A DNA stretch of 64,000 nt, from positions 984,496-1,048,495 of the forward strand of contig CAWEUJ010000004.1 of assembly GCA_963812205.1 (NCBI GenBank). Direction: 5' to 3'. This document shows positions 1 through 8,707 of this stretch, piece by piece. Both the position numbers and the translations under genes were made by a program. The notes under the pieces were generated by a model that saw only the letters and a program-made list of their open reading frames with translations, had not been told where the DNA came from and did not search any database. Positions within the stretch are counted from its first letter, which is position 1. The number at the start of each line of letters is the position of its first letter. The stretch is from an uncultured Actinomycetes bacterium (GTDB taxonomy: Bacteria; Actinomycetota; Acidimicrobiia; IMCC26256; PALSA-610).

Positions 1-339
1 CGAGCGGGTTCCTCAGCGATTCCTTCGCCGCGCTACCGGCCCATGATGCGCGAGACGAGGTCGGTGCTGTACGCCGGCATCGGCGTGGAGTTGCTGGTGT
101 GGTTCGGCGCCTTCCGGCACACGATCAACAATTGGACGTTCGCCATCCTCACGGCTGTTCTCGTGACGTTGCTACCGTACGTCGCGGTGCTGGTCAATCC
201 GTCGGCGTCAGGGCGCACCGTGGCGGTCGGCGAATCCGCCGGGACCCCGCTCGAGTTGATCGGGATCGATCGCGCGTTCACCGCCGACGACCTGCGGGAG
301 ATCGATCACGGGCTCGGGATCGACGGGGTGCGCGCATGA
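1..339 (+). CDS. hypothetical membrane protein, C-terminal part (5' end outside window)
   Basis: Frame 1 is open from nt 1 to TGA 337-339. It has hydrophobic stretches (GIGVELLVWFGAF, FAILTAVLVTLLPYVAVLV). Its stop overlaps the next start (ATGA at 336-339), so it is probably co-operonic with the ABC ATPases. I cannot recognise the family by eye. Confidence 0.4.
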   Translation, partial: RAGSSAIPSPRYRPMMRETRSVLYAGIGVELLVWFGAFRHTINNWTFAILTAVLVTLLPYVAVLVNPSASGRTVAVGESAGTPLELIGIDRAFTADDLREIDHGLGIDGVRA

Positions 340-1103
340 CCGGCGAAGGCCTGCTGGTCGCCGAGCAGGTGACCGTCGAATTCGGCGGGAACCGCGCGCT
401 GTCGGAAATCGATCTCGACGCGCGCGCCGGCGAGATCACCGGTCTGATCGGTCCGAACGGCGCGGGAAAGACGACGCTGTTCAACGTCGTGACCGGTCTG
501 CAATCGCCCACGTCGGGCCGTGTGCGGTTCGACGGGCGCGACGTGAGCCGGCTCGACACGCACAAGCGCGCCCGGCTCGGTATCGCCCGTACGTTCCAGC
601 GGCTCGAGCTGTTCACCGATCTGACCGTGCGCGACAACCTGCGCGTCGCCGGCGAGATACGAAATGCGTGGGGCGGGCTCGCGGGCGGGATCCGGAGAGG
701 GTCGCAGCGCATCGACGTGGGGCGCGAGACCGAACGGGTGCTCGACCTGATCGGGCTGACCGCGCTCGCCGACGCCGACGTCTCCACCATCCCGACGGGC
801 ACCGCCCGTGTGGTCGAGCTCGGTCGGGCCCTGATGATCCGGCCGCGCCTCCTGTTGCTCGACGAGCCCGCGTCGGGTCAGTCCGACGAGGAGACGAGGG
901 CGTTCGAGGTGCTGTTGCGGCGGCTCGTGCGCGAGGACGGCCTCACGATCCTGCTCGTCGAGCACGACATGGCGCTGGTCATGGACGTGTGCGATCGCAT
1001 CCACGTACTCGACTTCGGCGAGATCATCGCGGTCGGTACGCCCGCGGAGGTACGCGACGACCCGCGCGTCCGCGACGCGTACCTGGGGGCCTCGGCGTCA
1101 TGA
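336..1103 (+). CDS. livG: Liv/HAAT-family ABC transporter ATP-binding protein (LivG-like)
   Basis: ATG at 336 lies inside the 99-1103 ORF. Walker A is GPNGAGKTT, the N-terminus is LivG-type (LLVAEQVTVEFGGNRALSEIDL) and Walker B is LLLLDEPASG. The first 79 codons of the tracked ORF are an Arg-rich GC artefact. Confidence 0.9.
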   Translation: MTGEGLLVAEQVTVEFGGNRALSEIDLDARAGEITGLIGPNGAGKTTLFNVVTGLQSPTSGRVRFDGRDVSRLDTHKRARLGIARTFQRLELFTDLTVRDNLRVAGEIRNAWGGLAGGIRRGSQRIDVGRETERVLDLIGLTALADADVSTIPTGTARVVELGRALMIRPRLLLLDEPASGQSDEETRAFEVLLRRLVREDGLTILLVEHDMALVMDVCDRIHVLDFGEIIAVGTPAEVRDDPRVRDAYLGASAS

Positions 1104-1822
1104 CCGACGTGACGACGGTCGGCGCCGATCTCGCGCTCGAGCTGCGGGGGGTGAGCGCCGCGTACGGGACCATCACGGCGTTGCGGGGCGTCGACCTCGC
1201 GGTTCCCTACGGCAGCATCGTCGCGCTGCTCGGCCCGAACGGTGGCGGCAAGTCGACGACGTTGCGCGTGATCGCGGGTCAGCTCCCCGTCTCCGACGGC
1301 GACGTCTTCGTCGCCGGTCGCCGGGTGAACGGCGCCGCGCCCGACGAACTCGCGCGGCGTGGTGTGTGCCTGATCCCGGAAGGCAAGGGCATCTTCCCCA
1401 ACCTTTCGGTACGCGAGAACCTCTGGATGGCGACGCACGGGGGAACTCCGCTGAAGGACATCGAAGAGGTCGCGTACGGCCGGTTCCCGCAACTCGGTCG
1501 GCGCCGGCGCCAGCTCGCGGGGACGATGTCCGGTGGCGAGCAGCAGATGCTCGCGATGGCACGCGCGTTGGCGACCGACCCCGCGCTGTTGCTGCTCGAC
1601 GAGTTGTCGATGGGCCTGGCTCCGATCATCGTCGAGCAGTTGTACGAGATCGTCGCCAACATCGCGCGGGAAGGTGTCTCGATCCTCGTCGTCGAGCAGT
1701 TCGCGCGGGCTGTTCTCGGTATCGTCGATCGGGTGGGGATCATGCTGCGCGGCCGGGTCACCAACTTCGGGACCCCGGCCGAGATGGAAGCCGAGTTGTC
1801 GACCGCATATCTGGGCGAATGA
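1100..1822 (+). CDS. livF: Liv/HAAT-family ABC transporter ATP-binding protein (LivF-like)
   Basis: ATG at 1100 overlaps the livG stop (ATGA). Walker A is GPNGGGKST, the signature is MSGGEQQMLAMARAL, Walker B is LLLLDELSMGLAP, and the C-terminus is AYLG as in LivF. Confidence 0.9.
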   Translation: MTDVTTVGADLALELRGVSAAYGTITALRGVDLAVPYGSIVALLGPNGGGKSTTLRVIAGQLPVSDGDVFVAGRRVNGAAPDELARRGVCLIPEGKGIFPNLSVRENLWMATHGGTPLKDIEEVAYGRFPQLGRRRRQLAGTMSGGEQQMLAMARALATDPALLLLDELSMGLAPIIVEQLYEIVANIAREGVSILVVEQFARAVLGIVDRVGIMLRGRVTNFGTPAEMEAELSTAYLGE

Positions 1823-1831
1823 GAGACACGC

Positions 1832-2203
1832 ATGACGGATGAAGCCAACGACCGCGCCGAGCAGTTCAAGGCCGAGATCGCCGACATGAAGTTGAAGACC
1901 GGGCGGATGAAGTCGGAGAGCATGCTGCAGCTGCTCGGCGTGGTCCTCATGGTCGGCGGCATCGTCATCGCGCTCGTCGCGTATTTGGCTTCGCTGAACG
2001 TCGCGGCCACCCCGGGCAGCAACGTCGACGTCCTCGACTCGAACTCGTACACCCCGCTCGCGATCGCGGGCCTGGCGGTGAGCGTTACCGGCGGATTCCT
2101 CTTCCTGCGCTACTCGCTCGCGAGGTTCCTGCGCTTTTGGTTGCTACGCCAGGCCTACGAACAGCGGACCGCGATCGAAGCGGCGGCGGGCCGCGACGCG
2201 TAG
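1832..2203 (+). CDS. small integral membrane protein, unknown function
   Basis: 123-aa ORF starting 10 nt after livF. It has two clear hydrophobic helices (LLGVVLMVGGIVIALVAYLASL and LAIAGLAVSVTGGFLFL). No family recognised. Confidence 0.5.
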   Translation: MTDEANDRAEQFKAEIADMKLKTGRMKSESMLQLLGVVLMVGGIVIALVAYLASLNVAATPGSNVDVLDSNSYTPLAIAGLAVSVTGGFLFLRYSLARFLRFWLLRQAYEQRTAIEAAAGRDA

Positions 2204-2206
2204 CGC

Positions 2207-3382
2207 TCAGGCGTTGCGGTCGGTAGGTTCGGCCACGACGCCGTAGCGCTCGACATACCCCGAGAAGCGCTCGGTCAGCTCGGCCGGGTCGAGCCCGTAC
2301 TCGGCGAGGTCGTAGCCGTGCACGCCCAAGCTGCCCTTGGCGTGTGCGGCAACGTACTCGGACATGGCGGCGCGAGATCGCAGATCGAGGGAAGCGCCGG
2401 CATCGACGGCGGAGTAGATCGCCGCGACCGTGCCGACCGGATCGCGCACGAGCGCGTCGTACTGCACGTCGACGATCGGATGTTCGGGATGTGCGGCGCG
2501 GAACGCGTCGATGCGGGCCACCGATTCCTCGAGCATCGCGACCCAGTGGTCGGCGATGTAGGCGCGGTGATCGGCGTCGGTGAACGTTCCCGACAACGTG
2601 TGGATGAGGCTGCACACCGACGCGCACAGCACGACCGGGTCGCGGTGCAACAGCACGAGCCGAGCGTCGGGATAGACGGCGGTGAGTGCCTCGAGCGCGA
2701 TGGCGTGATGCGGGCTCTTGAGCGTCCACCGGCCGCGGACGCCACCGCTCTGGAGCACCTTGAGCGCGAGGCGGTGGTACTCGTACGCAGAACGCTGGTC
2801 GACCTCGAGGAGCCAGGCGCCGTACGAGGGAACGTTCGCGATGGCCTCCCACGACAGGCTCTTGAAGTCCTGGCTCATGAGCGTGATGCACTCCGTCGGG
2901 CCGTCGGGCTCCTCGTGGTGGATCGCGCGGATGCGCGGATTGATCTGCTCCAGCATGTCGTTGCCGAAGCGGGCGGTCTCGATGCGCGGATCGTCGTGCA
3001 GCGTTTCCGGCGTGGGCGGAGGAACGCTCTCGCCGGCCTCCCACCGCAGCAGTGCACGGTTGCCGGCGTCCTGTTCGAGCAGATAGCTGAGGAACGTGGT
3101 TCCGGCCCGGAACATCCCGATCACGATCAGCGGCGCGTCGATCTGCTCGTCGGCGACATCGGGATGGCGGCTCGACCAGTCGACGATCCGCAGGCGGTTG
3201 ACGAGGCTGCCGACGATGTTGGCGTGGATCGCGGTCTCGCCGAGGTCGTTCAGCCGGGCTTGGGAGTTGACCGAGTCGCAGTAGACCGCCAGCCCCTCGC
3301 GGAAGCTGTCGCTGCCGAAGTCGTCCAGCCCGGCCACCCCGCGCGCTTCCGCGATCAGCCCGTCGGCAACCAGCTCCGTCAC
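2207..3382 (-). CDS. sulfotransferase family protein
   Basis: 391 aa. It has a PAPS-binding 5'-PSB-like loop (IGMFRAGTTFLSYLL) and a later RWTLKSPHH / LLHRDPV region typical of actinobacterial cytosolic sulfotransferases. Confidence 0.75.
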   Translation of the reverse strand: MTELVADGLIAEARGVAGLDDFGSDSFREGLAVYCDSVNSQARLNDLGETAIHANIVGSLVNRLRIVDWSSRHPDVADEQIDAPLIVIGMFRAGTTFLSYLLEQDAGNRALLRWEAGESVPPPTPETLHDDPRIETARFGNDMLEQINPRIRAIHHEEPDGPTECITLMSQDFKSLSWEAIANVPSYGAWLLEVDQRSAYEYHRLALKVLQSGGVRGRWTLKSPHHAIALEALTAVYPDARLVLLHRDPVVLCASVCSLIHTLSGTFTDADHRAYIADHWVAMLEESVARIDAFRAAHPEHPIVDVQYDALVRDPVGTVAAIYSAVDAGASLDLRSRAAMSEYVAAHAKGSLGVHGYDLAEYGLDPAELTERFSGYVERYGVVAEPTDRNA

Positions 3383-3426
3383 GCGGCCGACGGTACTAAG
3401 GAGGTCTACTTATGTCAAAGATCCGA

Positions 3427-4059
3427 TCACTCGGCCGACATGCCGGCCGCGACCATCGTCACCAGGTTCGCCACGAACGTCTCGTACTCGAGCTGCGGGC
3501 GCCCGCGCCGGCCCCGGCGGCCGAGCACGCGTGCACGGTCCGCGACCGCGCGCAGGATGAAGCCGGTGGCGAGCGCGAAACGTTCCGCGCGCACTTCCGG
3601 GCTGACGTCGGCCATGCGGGTCGCGAGCAGGTCGTACACCTGGTATCCGCCGGTGCGCGTCAACGCATCGGCGACGTCGCGGTCGAGGCTCGCGGGATCG
3701 TCCTCGACGAGCTCGGCGAGGATCACCAAGAAGCACCGTCCGCGCCAGCCGCTCTCGGCCAGCTCCGCGGCCGGGCGCACGATCGCCTCGACGACCGACT
3801 TCACGTCGTCGTCGGGCTTGGTCAACGCCACCTGCAGCAGTTCGCCCTCGCGGCGCGCGAGGAAGTCGACGTGTCGATCGAGCACCGCGCACAGCACGCC
3901 GTTGCGCGATCCGAAGTGGTAGTGAATCGCTCCCCGGTTGCGCTGCCCGGCGCGGCGTGTGATGTCGATCAACGACGCGCCGTACACGCCGTGCTCCGCG
4001 AACGCGCGCGCCGCCTCGTCGATCAACTTCTCTCTCGTGCGCGAGGCGTCCAGGGGCAT
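3427..4059 (-). CDS. TetR/AcrR family transcriptional regulator
   Basis: 210 aa. The N-terminal HTH is REKLIDEAARAFAEHGVYGASLIDITRRAGQRNRGAIHYHFGSRNGVL. Confidence 0.85.
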   Translation of the reverse strand: MPLDASRTREKLIDEAARAFAEHGVYGASLIDITRRAGQRNRGAIHYHFGSRNGVLCAVLDRHVDFLARREGELLQVALTKPDDDVKSVVEAIVRPAAELAESGWRGRCFLVILAELVEDDPASLDRDVADALTRTGGYQVYDLLATRMADVSPEVRAERFALATGFILRAVADRARVLGRRGRRGRPQLEYETFVANLVTMVAAGMSAE

Positions 4060-4118
4060 CGCCGGATCCTACGATTTCACCCTCCCGGTCTGAGTCGCCG
4101 ATGACAGATTCGTAGCTC

Positions 4119-5144
4119 TTGGCGTACGCTGCGCCGATGGCGAGTTCGGGCGTGCGCAAGGTGATCGCGGTCGGTGGCGTGGCGGCCTTGGCGGTGGTGC
4201 TGGCCGCGTGTTCGGGCGGCTCGTCGCGCGTGACTGCCGGCCCGGGCTCGACGCGCGCACCGCAGCGCACGACCTCCACGACTGCCCGGTCGTCGGTGAA
4301 CAAGCGGGTGACGACCACGACAAGGAAGCCCGTGTCGAGCAAGGTCCAGCCGAAGGCTCCGGCGAGGAGCTCCTCCACGGGATCGACCGTCGCTTCCGCC
4401 GGCGTTGGCGTGAACGGTTCGACGCAGCCGGCGGGAACGAGTTCGCTGCCGGCCTCGGTCAATTCGAGTGAAGAGTTCGTGATCGGTGCGCCCGACACAT
4501 CGCCGCAAACGTCGACGCCGACGACGGTCCCCGGCCCGAAGCCGTACGACCCGTCGAAGCCGATCGATCTGGGCGGCGAACCAGGTGTCACGCCCGCGGA
4601 ACAGGCGCGCGCCGAGCAGTTGGTGCGCGACACATTGCGCGATCTACCGAAGTATGCGAATCCGACAACCGCGTACGCCGACGGGTACCGCTCGATCAAC
4701 GACGGCGTGACGGGCACCGAGCACTACGTGAAATGGTCGTACGTCGACGACGGCCACATACTCGACTCGAAATACCCCGAATCGCTCGTCTACCAAATGC
4801 GCAACGGCGTGAAGACGTTGGTGTCGGCGATGTACATGCTGCCGCTCGGTTCCCGCTTCACCGACGTGCCGGACGTCGGCGGCGCGCTGACGCAGTGGCA
4901 TATCCACAACAACCTCTGCCTCGTCGACAACCCGTCGGACCCGCTGCAGAAGGTCGTCGGCGGCTTGACCGGCAGTGACGGCTCGTGTCCGCCGGGCACG
5001 ACGAAGGCCGCGTCGACGCCGATGCTGCACGTATGGATCGTCGCGAATCCGTGCGGCCCGTTCGCGCCGCTGGACGGCATCGAGGCCGGACAGGTTCCGG
5101 ACGGCCAGACGCCGCTCTGCGACACCGGCCACGGCTCCCAATAG
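4119..5144 (+). CDS. secreted lipoprotein, unknown function
   Basis: Signal peptide with lipobox (AALAVVLAAC SGGSS), followed by a Ser/Thr/Pro-rich linker and then a Cys-containing C-terminal domain. The start could be Met7 (4137). Confidence 0.65.
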   Translation: MAYAAPMASSGVRKVIAVGGVAALAVVLAACSGGSSRVTAGPGSTRAPQRTTSTTARSSVNKRVTTTTRKPVSSKVQPKAPARSSSTGSTVASAGVGVNGSTQPAGTSSLPASVNSSEEFVIGAPDTSPQTSTPTTVPGPKPYDPSKPIDLGGEPGVTPAEQARAEQLVRDTLRDLPKYANPTTAYADGYRSINDGVTGTEHYVKWSYVDDGHILDSKYPESLVYQMRNGVKTLVSAMYMLPLGSRFTDVPDVGGALTQWHIHNNLCLVDNPSDPLQKVVGGLTGSDGSCPPGTTKAASTPMLHVWIVANPCGPFAPLDGIEAGQVPDGQTPLCDTGHGSQ

Positions 5145-5148
5145 CTCG

Positions 5149-5580
5149 CTACCGGGCTTCTTTCTCGGCACCGGCCGCGAGGTCGGCGACGATCTCGGGA
5201 TAGAACGTGCGGAGCTTGCGGTGCACGATTCGGCCGAGGAGGGTCGGGTCCCACGTCGCCGCCCAGCGGATGCGGGTTCCTCCGGCGACGGGTGTGAGCG
5301 TCACCTCGGCCCGGTAGTTCCGCACCGGGATGCCGCGGATGACGGTGTAGACGATGCGGCGCCCCGGTTCGACCTCGAGCACCTGCTCGACCGTGGTCGT
5401 GCGGCGGTAGCGGAACCACTGGACGGCGCCGACCCGCGCGCCGTCGTCGCCGTCGTCCTCGTAGCCACCGGCGTTCCACGGTCCCCATTGCGGGTAGCGC
5501 TTCGCGTCGGCGACGAGCGACCAGACGGTCGCGGCCGGCGCTGCGGCCGTCGCTTCGGCCTCGACCTGGAGCGGGGTCAT
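5149..5580 (-). CDS. SRPBCC (polyketide cyclase/dehydrase-like) family protein
   Basis: Start taken at the internal Met (MTPLQVEAEATAAAPAATVWSLVAD...RYPQWGPW). 143 aa, with a typical SRPBCC N-terminus. The longer tracked ORF (to 5766) would run across the divergent TetR gene. Confidence 0.7.
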   Translation of the reverse strand: MTPLQVEAEATAAAPAATVWSLVADAKRYPQWGPWNAGGYEDDGDDGARVGAVQWFRYRRTTTVEQVLEVEPGRRIVYTVIRGIPVRNYRAEVTLTPVAGGTRIRWAATWDPTLLGRIVHRKLRTFYPEIVADLAAGAEKEAR

Positions 5581-5604
5581 CGGTTCCTCACCTCGGCTCG
5601 TTGT

Positions 5605-5638
5605 CCGTACCATCTGGTACATGTACCAGATGGTACGG
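5605..5638. promoter_or_regulatory. 34-bp perfect palindrome, probable TetR operator
   Basis: CCGTACCATCTGGTACATGTACCAGATGGTACGG equals its own reverse complement. It sits in the 64-bp gap between the divergent SRPBCC and TetR genes. Confidence 0.7.
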
Positions 5639-6211
5639 TCGGTCATGCCGTCCTCGCAAGCCCGCGACCGCTTGTTGGCCGCCGCCGTCGACCACGCGCT
5701 CGACGCCGGGATCGCCGACCTCAGCCTGCGAGAGCTCGCCGCCGCGATCGGCACGAGCCACCGCATGCTGATCTACCACTTCGGGTCGCGGGCCGGGCTC
5801 TTGGTGGCCGTCGCCCAGGCGGTCGAAGAAGCGCAACGGGAGACGGCGCTGGGCTCGGGCGCCGGCTCGGGCCCGCAAGACGCCCGGCGCTTCTGGAAGC
5901 GCATCAGCGACCCGAAGCTGTGGCCGCAGGAGCGGTTGTTCTTCGAGCTCTACGCCCACGCGCTGCTCGGCCGCCCGGGTACCGAAGGCTTCCTCGACGA
6001 TGTGATCGAGTCGTGGGTCGCGCCGCTCGCCGCGCAGATGATCGAGGCCGGCGCCGATCCGAAGACGGCCCGCGCCGACGCCCGCCTCGCGGTCGCGGCG
6101 ACCCGCGGGCTGCTCCTCGACCTTCTTGCGACCGGCGACCGCAAGGGCGTCACCGAGGCCTACGAACGATTCGTCCAGCTCACGATTCCCGCCGGCGCGC
6201 GTGACGTGTGA
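5621..6211 (+). CDS. TetR/AcrR family transcriptional regulator
   Basis: The HTH is ARDRLLAAAVDHALDAGIADLSLRELAAAIGTSHRMLIYHFGSRAGLL. The start is either 5621 (inside the palindrome) or Met9 at 5645. Confidence 0.85.
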   Translation: MYQMVRSVMPSSQARDRLLAAAVDHALDAGIADLSLRELAAAIGTSHRMLIYHFGSRAGLLVAVAQAVEEAQRETALGSGAGSGPQDARRFWKRISDPKLWPQERLFFELYAHALLGRPGTEGFLDDVIESWVAPLAAQMIEAGADPKTARADARLAVAATRGLLLDLLATGDRKGVTEAYERFVQLTIPAGARDV

Positions 6212-6248
6212 AGACGATCGTCCGACCTTGGCCCCGAGACCACCGTGG

Positions 6249-6983
6249 TCAGGGATGCGATGTGGTGGGCGCGGGCGTGGCCGCCGATGGTGTATCGGGG
6301 TGGAAGCTGTCGAGCGCCGCGTAGATCTGCGCCCGGCGTGCTGTCGCGTCGGCGCCGAGGACCATGTGCACGGTGAAGTCGCGGTTCCCGTCGGTGAACG
6401 TGGCGCCGAATGCGGTGATGCCGTTCGGCAGCGGGCATTCGGGCAGCCAATGGAGCAGCGAGGCACGGGCCGGGCGCGGCTCGGTTCCGTAGGTGCCCTC
6501 GCCGCGGATCCATTCGTAGATCCCGAGGTATGCACCGGCGCGGCCGATCGCGTCGACCGCGACCTTGGGGATCTCGCTCGGACAGGCGGCTTGGTTGCCG
6601 GGGAGCGGCGAGGGAACCACCGGCACGGTTGCGATGGAGAGGATCTCGTGCGGCGATTCGAGCCACGGTTCGAGTGGCTGTTCGCTGCGGAAATATCCGG
6701 CGGGGATCTCGATCGAGTAGCGGTGTGCTGCATCGCGGTACTCGACCGGGGGTGCCGGCGGCGCGGACGTGACGGTGGTGTTGCCCCCGACGCGGACTTG
6801 GTGCGCCGGCTTCGGACGAAGTGTCACGTACACGGGGAGCGCCAGTGCCGCGCCGAGGAACGCCGTCGCCGCGAGGCGAACCGCGGTACGCCGGCGACGC
6901 GCGCGGCGTAGCGCGCCCTCGATATCGGGGCCGCGAGTCGGTGTCTCGGCGGCCCGGGCGAGCAGGGTCGAGATGTCACCCAT
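6249..6983 (-). CDS. membrane-anchored protein, putative anti-sigma factor
   Basis: 244 aa. Its start overlaps the stop of the upstream ECF sigma gene by 8 nt. It has a short cytoplasmic N-terminus, one TM helix (AVRLAATAFLGAALALPVYV) and an extracytoplasmic domain. The role is inferred from position only. Confidence 0.5.
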   Translation of the reverse strand: MGDISTLLARAAETPTRGPDIEGALRRARRRRTAVRLAATAFLGAALALPVYVTLRPKPAHQVRVGGNTTVTSAPPAPPVEYRDAAHRYSIEIPAGYFRSEQPLEPWLESPHEILSIATVPVVPSPLPGNQAACPSEIPKVAVDAIGRAGAYLGIYEWIRGEGTYGTEPRPARASLLHWLPECPLPNGITAFGATFTDGNRDFTVHMVLGADATARRAQIYAALDSFHPDTPSAATPAPTTSHP

Positions 6984-7503
6984 CGAGGATCTCCTCGTCG
7001 ACGAATCCGGCCGCGCGTAGTCGGCCGATCGCCCGATGCGTGAGGGTCTTCACGGTTCCCTCCGGGCAGTCGAGCATCCGAGCGGTCTCACGCACCGAAC
7101 AATCAACGTAGAAGCGCAGCACGAGGACATCGCGTTCGCGTGTGGGCAACGCGGCGACGGCCGCGCGAATCGCGATCGCGTCTGCGTCCTCGTCGACCTG
7201 CGTGCGGTCGGCGCCACGCTTTCGCTCGGCGCGTGCTCGCGCGCGACCGCGCCGGAAGTGGGAGTGCGCGAGATTGCGGGCAACCTGGTGCAGCCACGCG
7301 CGCGGCGCATCCATCTCGCGTACCCGGCTCCAGTGGCGACAGGCCCGAGCGACCGCCTCCTGCGCGAGCTCTTGCGCGAGGTCGCGGTCACCCGTGTACA
7401 AGCTCAGCGCGCCGACGAGCCTCGGCCACTCCGCCTCGCAGAACGCGATGAGATCGGTCGGCGCCACCTCACGAGCCTCGCTCGACCGAGTCCATACCAA
7501 CAA
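6976..7503 (-). CDS. ECF-type RNA polymerase sigma-70 family factor
   Basis: 175 aa. The region 2 motif is DLAQELAQEAVARACRHW, and the region 4 HTH is LPTRERDVLVLRFYVDCSVRETARMLDCPEGTVKTLTHRA. Confidence 0.85.
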   Translation of the reverse strand: MLVWTRSSEAREVAPTDLIAFCEAEWPRLVGALSLYTGDRDLAQELAQEAVARACRHWSRVREMDAPRAWLHQVARNLAHSHFRRGRARARAERKRGADRTQVDEDADAIAIRAAVAALPTRERDVLVLRFYVDCSVRETARMLDCPEGTVKTLTHRAIGRLRAAGFVDEEILDG

Positions 7504-7687
7504 GACGCTCGAACCGCCCGATCGGTTTTGCTCGTCATGGCGCGATCGCAGCCGGCGAACCCCGCGGGCCGGGCAGAACGCCGCCGCGAACCAGCGCCCA
7601 AGAAGGAGCGCCTCGCGCCCGGGGTCGGGCCGTGCGGTCCCGCCCGTTCCGCGCCCGCTCCGGCTCGGTGTCGACGAGATGAGTGAG

Positions 7688-7761
7688 TACGCCCCCCGGG
7701 ACTCGAACCCGGAACCTGCAGATTAAGAGTCTGATGCTCTAACCAGTTGAGCTAGGGGCGC
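7688..7761 (-). tRNA. tRNA-Lys (anticodon CTT)
   Basis: The reverse complement folds as a cloverleaf: GCGCCCC TA GCTC AACTGGTTA GAGC A TCAGA CTCTTAA TCTGC AGGTT CCGGG TTCGAGT CCCGG GGGGCGT A. No CCA is encoded. There is one U-C mismatch at 27:43. Confidence 0.85.
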
Positions 7762-7803
7762 AAGGAGCGCACATGGTAACCCACGAGCCCGTACATTTCG
7801 GAT

Positions 7804-8707
7804 GTGGACATAGCGATCAGCGGCGCACGTGGGCTCTTGGGTTCGGCGCTCGCGGCATCGCTGCAGGCCGACGGCCATCGGGTCGTCCGGTTCGTGCGGG
7901 GCGGGATCAGCGCCGGCGACGAGATCGGATGGGACCCGGAGGCGGGGCGTATCGACGCACCGGCATTGGAGGGAATCGACGCGGTGGTGCACCTGGCCGG
8001 TGAGGGCATCGCCGACCATCGGTGGTCCGTCGCGCAGAAGCGGCGCATCATGGAGAGCCGCACGAAGGGCACAGCCGTGCTCGCGGCCGCGGTCGCGAGC
8101 CGCGAGCGCAAGCCCCGCGTGCTCGTCTCGGCGTCGGCGATCGGCTACTACGGCGACCGGGGCGACGAGTTGCTCACCGAGGACAGCCCGCCCGGTGCGG
8201 GTTTCCTCGCCGAGGTGTGCACGGCGTGGGAGGCGCAGACCCGGCCCGCGATCGACGCCGGCGTGCGTACCGTCACCGTCCGGACCGGCATCGTCCTCGC
8301 CCGCGACGGCGGCGCGCTCGAACAGATGCTGGTGCCGTTCCGGCTCGGCATCGGCGGCAAGCAGGGTTCCGGCAAGCAGTGGATGAGCTGGATCGCCATC
8401 GACGACGAGATCGCCGCGCTCCGCGCCGCGATCGACGACGAGCGGCTGCGCGGCCCGGTCAACCTGACCGCGCCGAACCCGGTGACGAACGCCGACTTCG
8501 CCCGCGCGCTCGGTCACGTCCTGCATCGTCCTACGGTGTTGCCCACGCCGATGTTGCCGCTGAAGCTTCGCTACGGAGGAGAGCTCGTCGACTCGCTGTT
8601 GCTCGCGAGCCAGCGGGTCACACCCGCCGCGGCTCGATGCGGTCTCGTTCCCCTTCCGGTACCCGGTCCTCGAACCCGCGCTCGAAGCGATCCTGCGCGG
8701 CGCCTGA
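7804..8707 (+). pseudogene. TIGR01777/YfcH-type NAD-dependent epimerase (DUF1731 C-terminus), interrupted by a +1 frameshift near 8623-8632
   Basis: GTG start. The Rossmann motif is ISGARGLLGS and the body matches the YfcH family up to LLLASQRVTP. The conserved C-terminus (RLDAVSFPFRYPVLEPALEAILRGA*) continues in the +1 frame and ends at TGA 8705-8707. The in-frame reading instead gives an Arg-rich tail to 9033. Confidence 0.75.
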
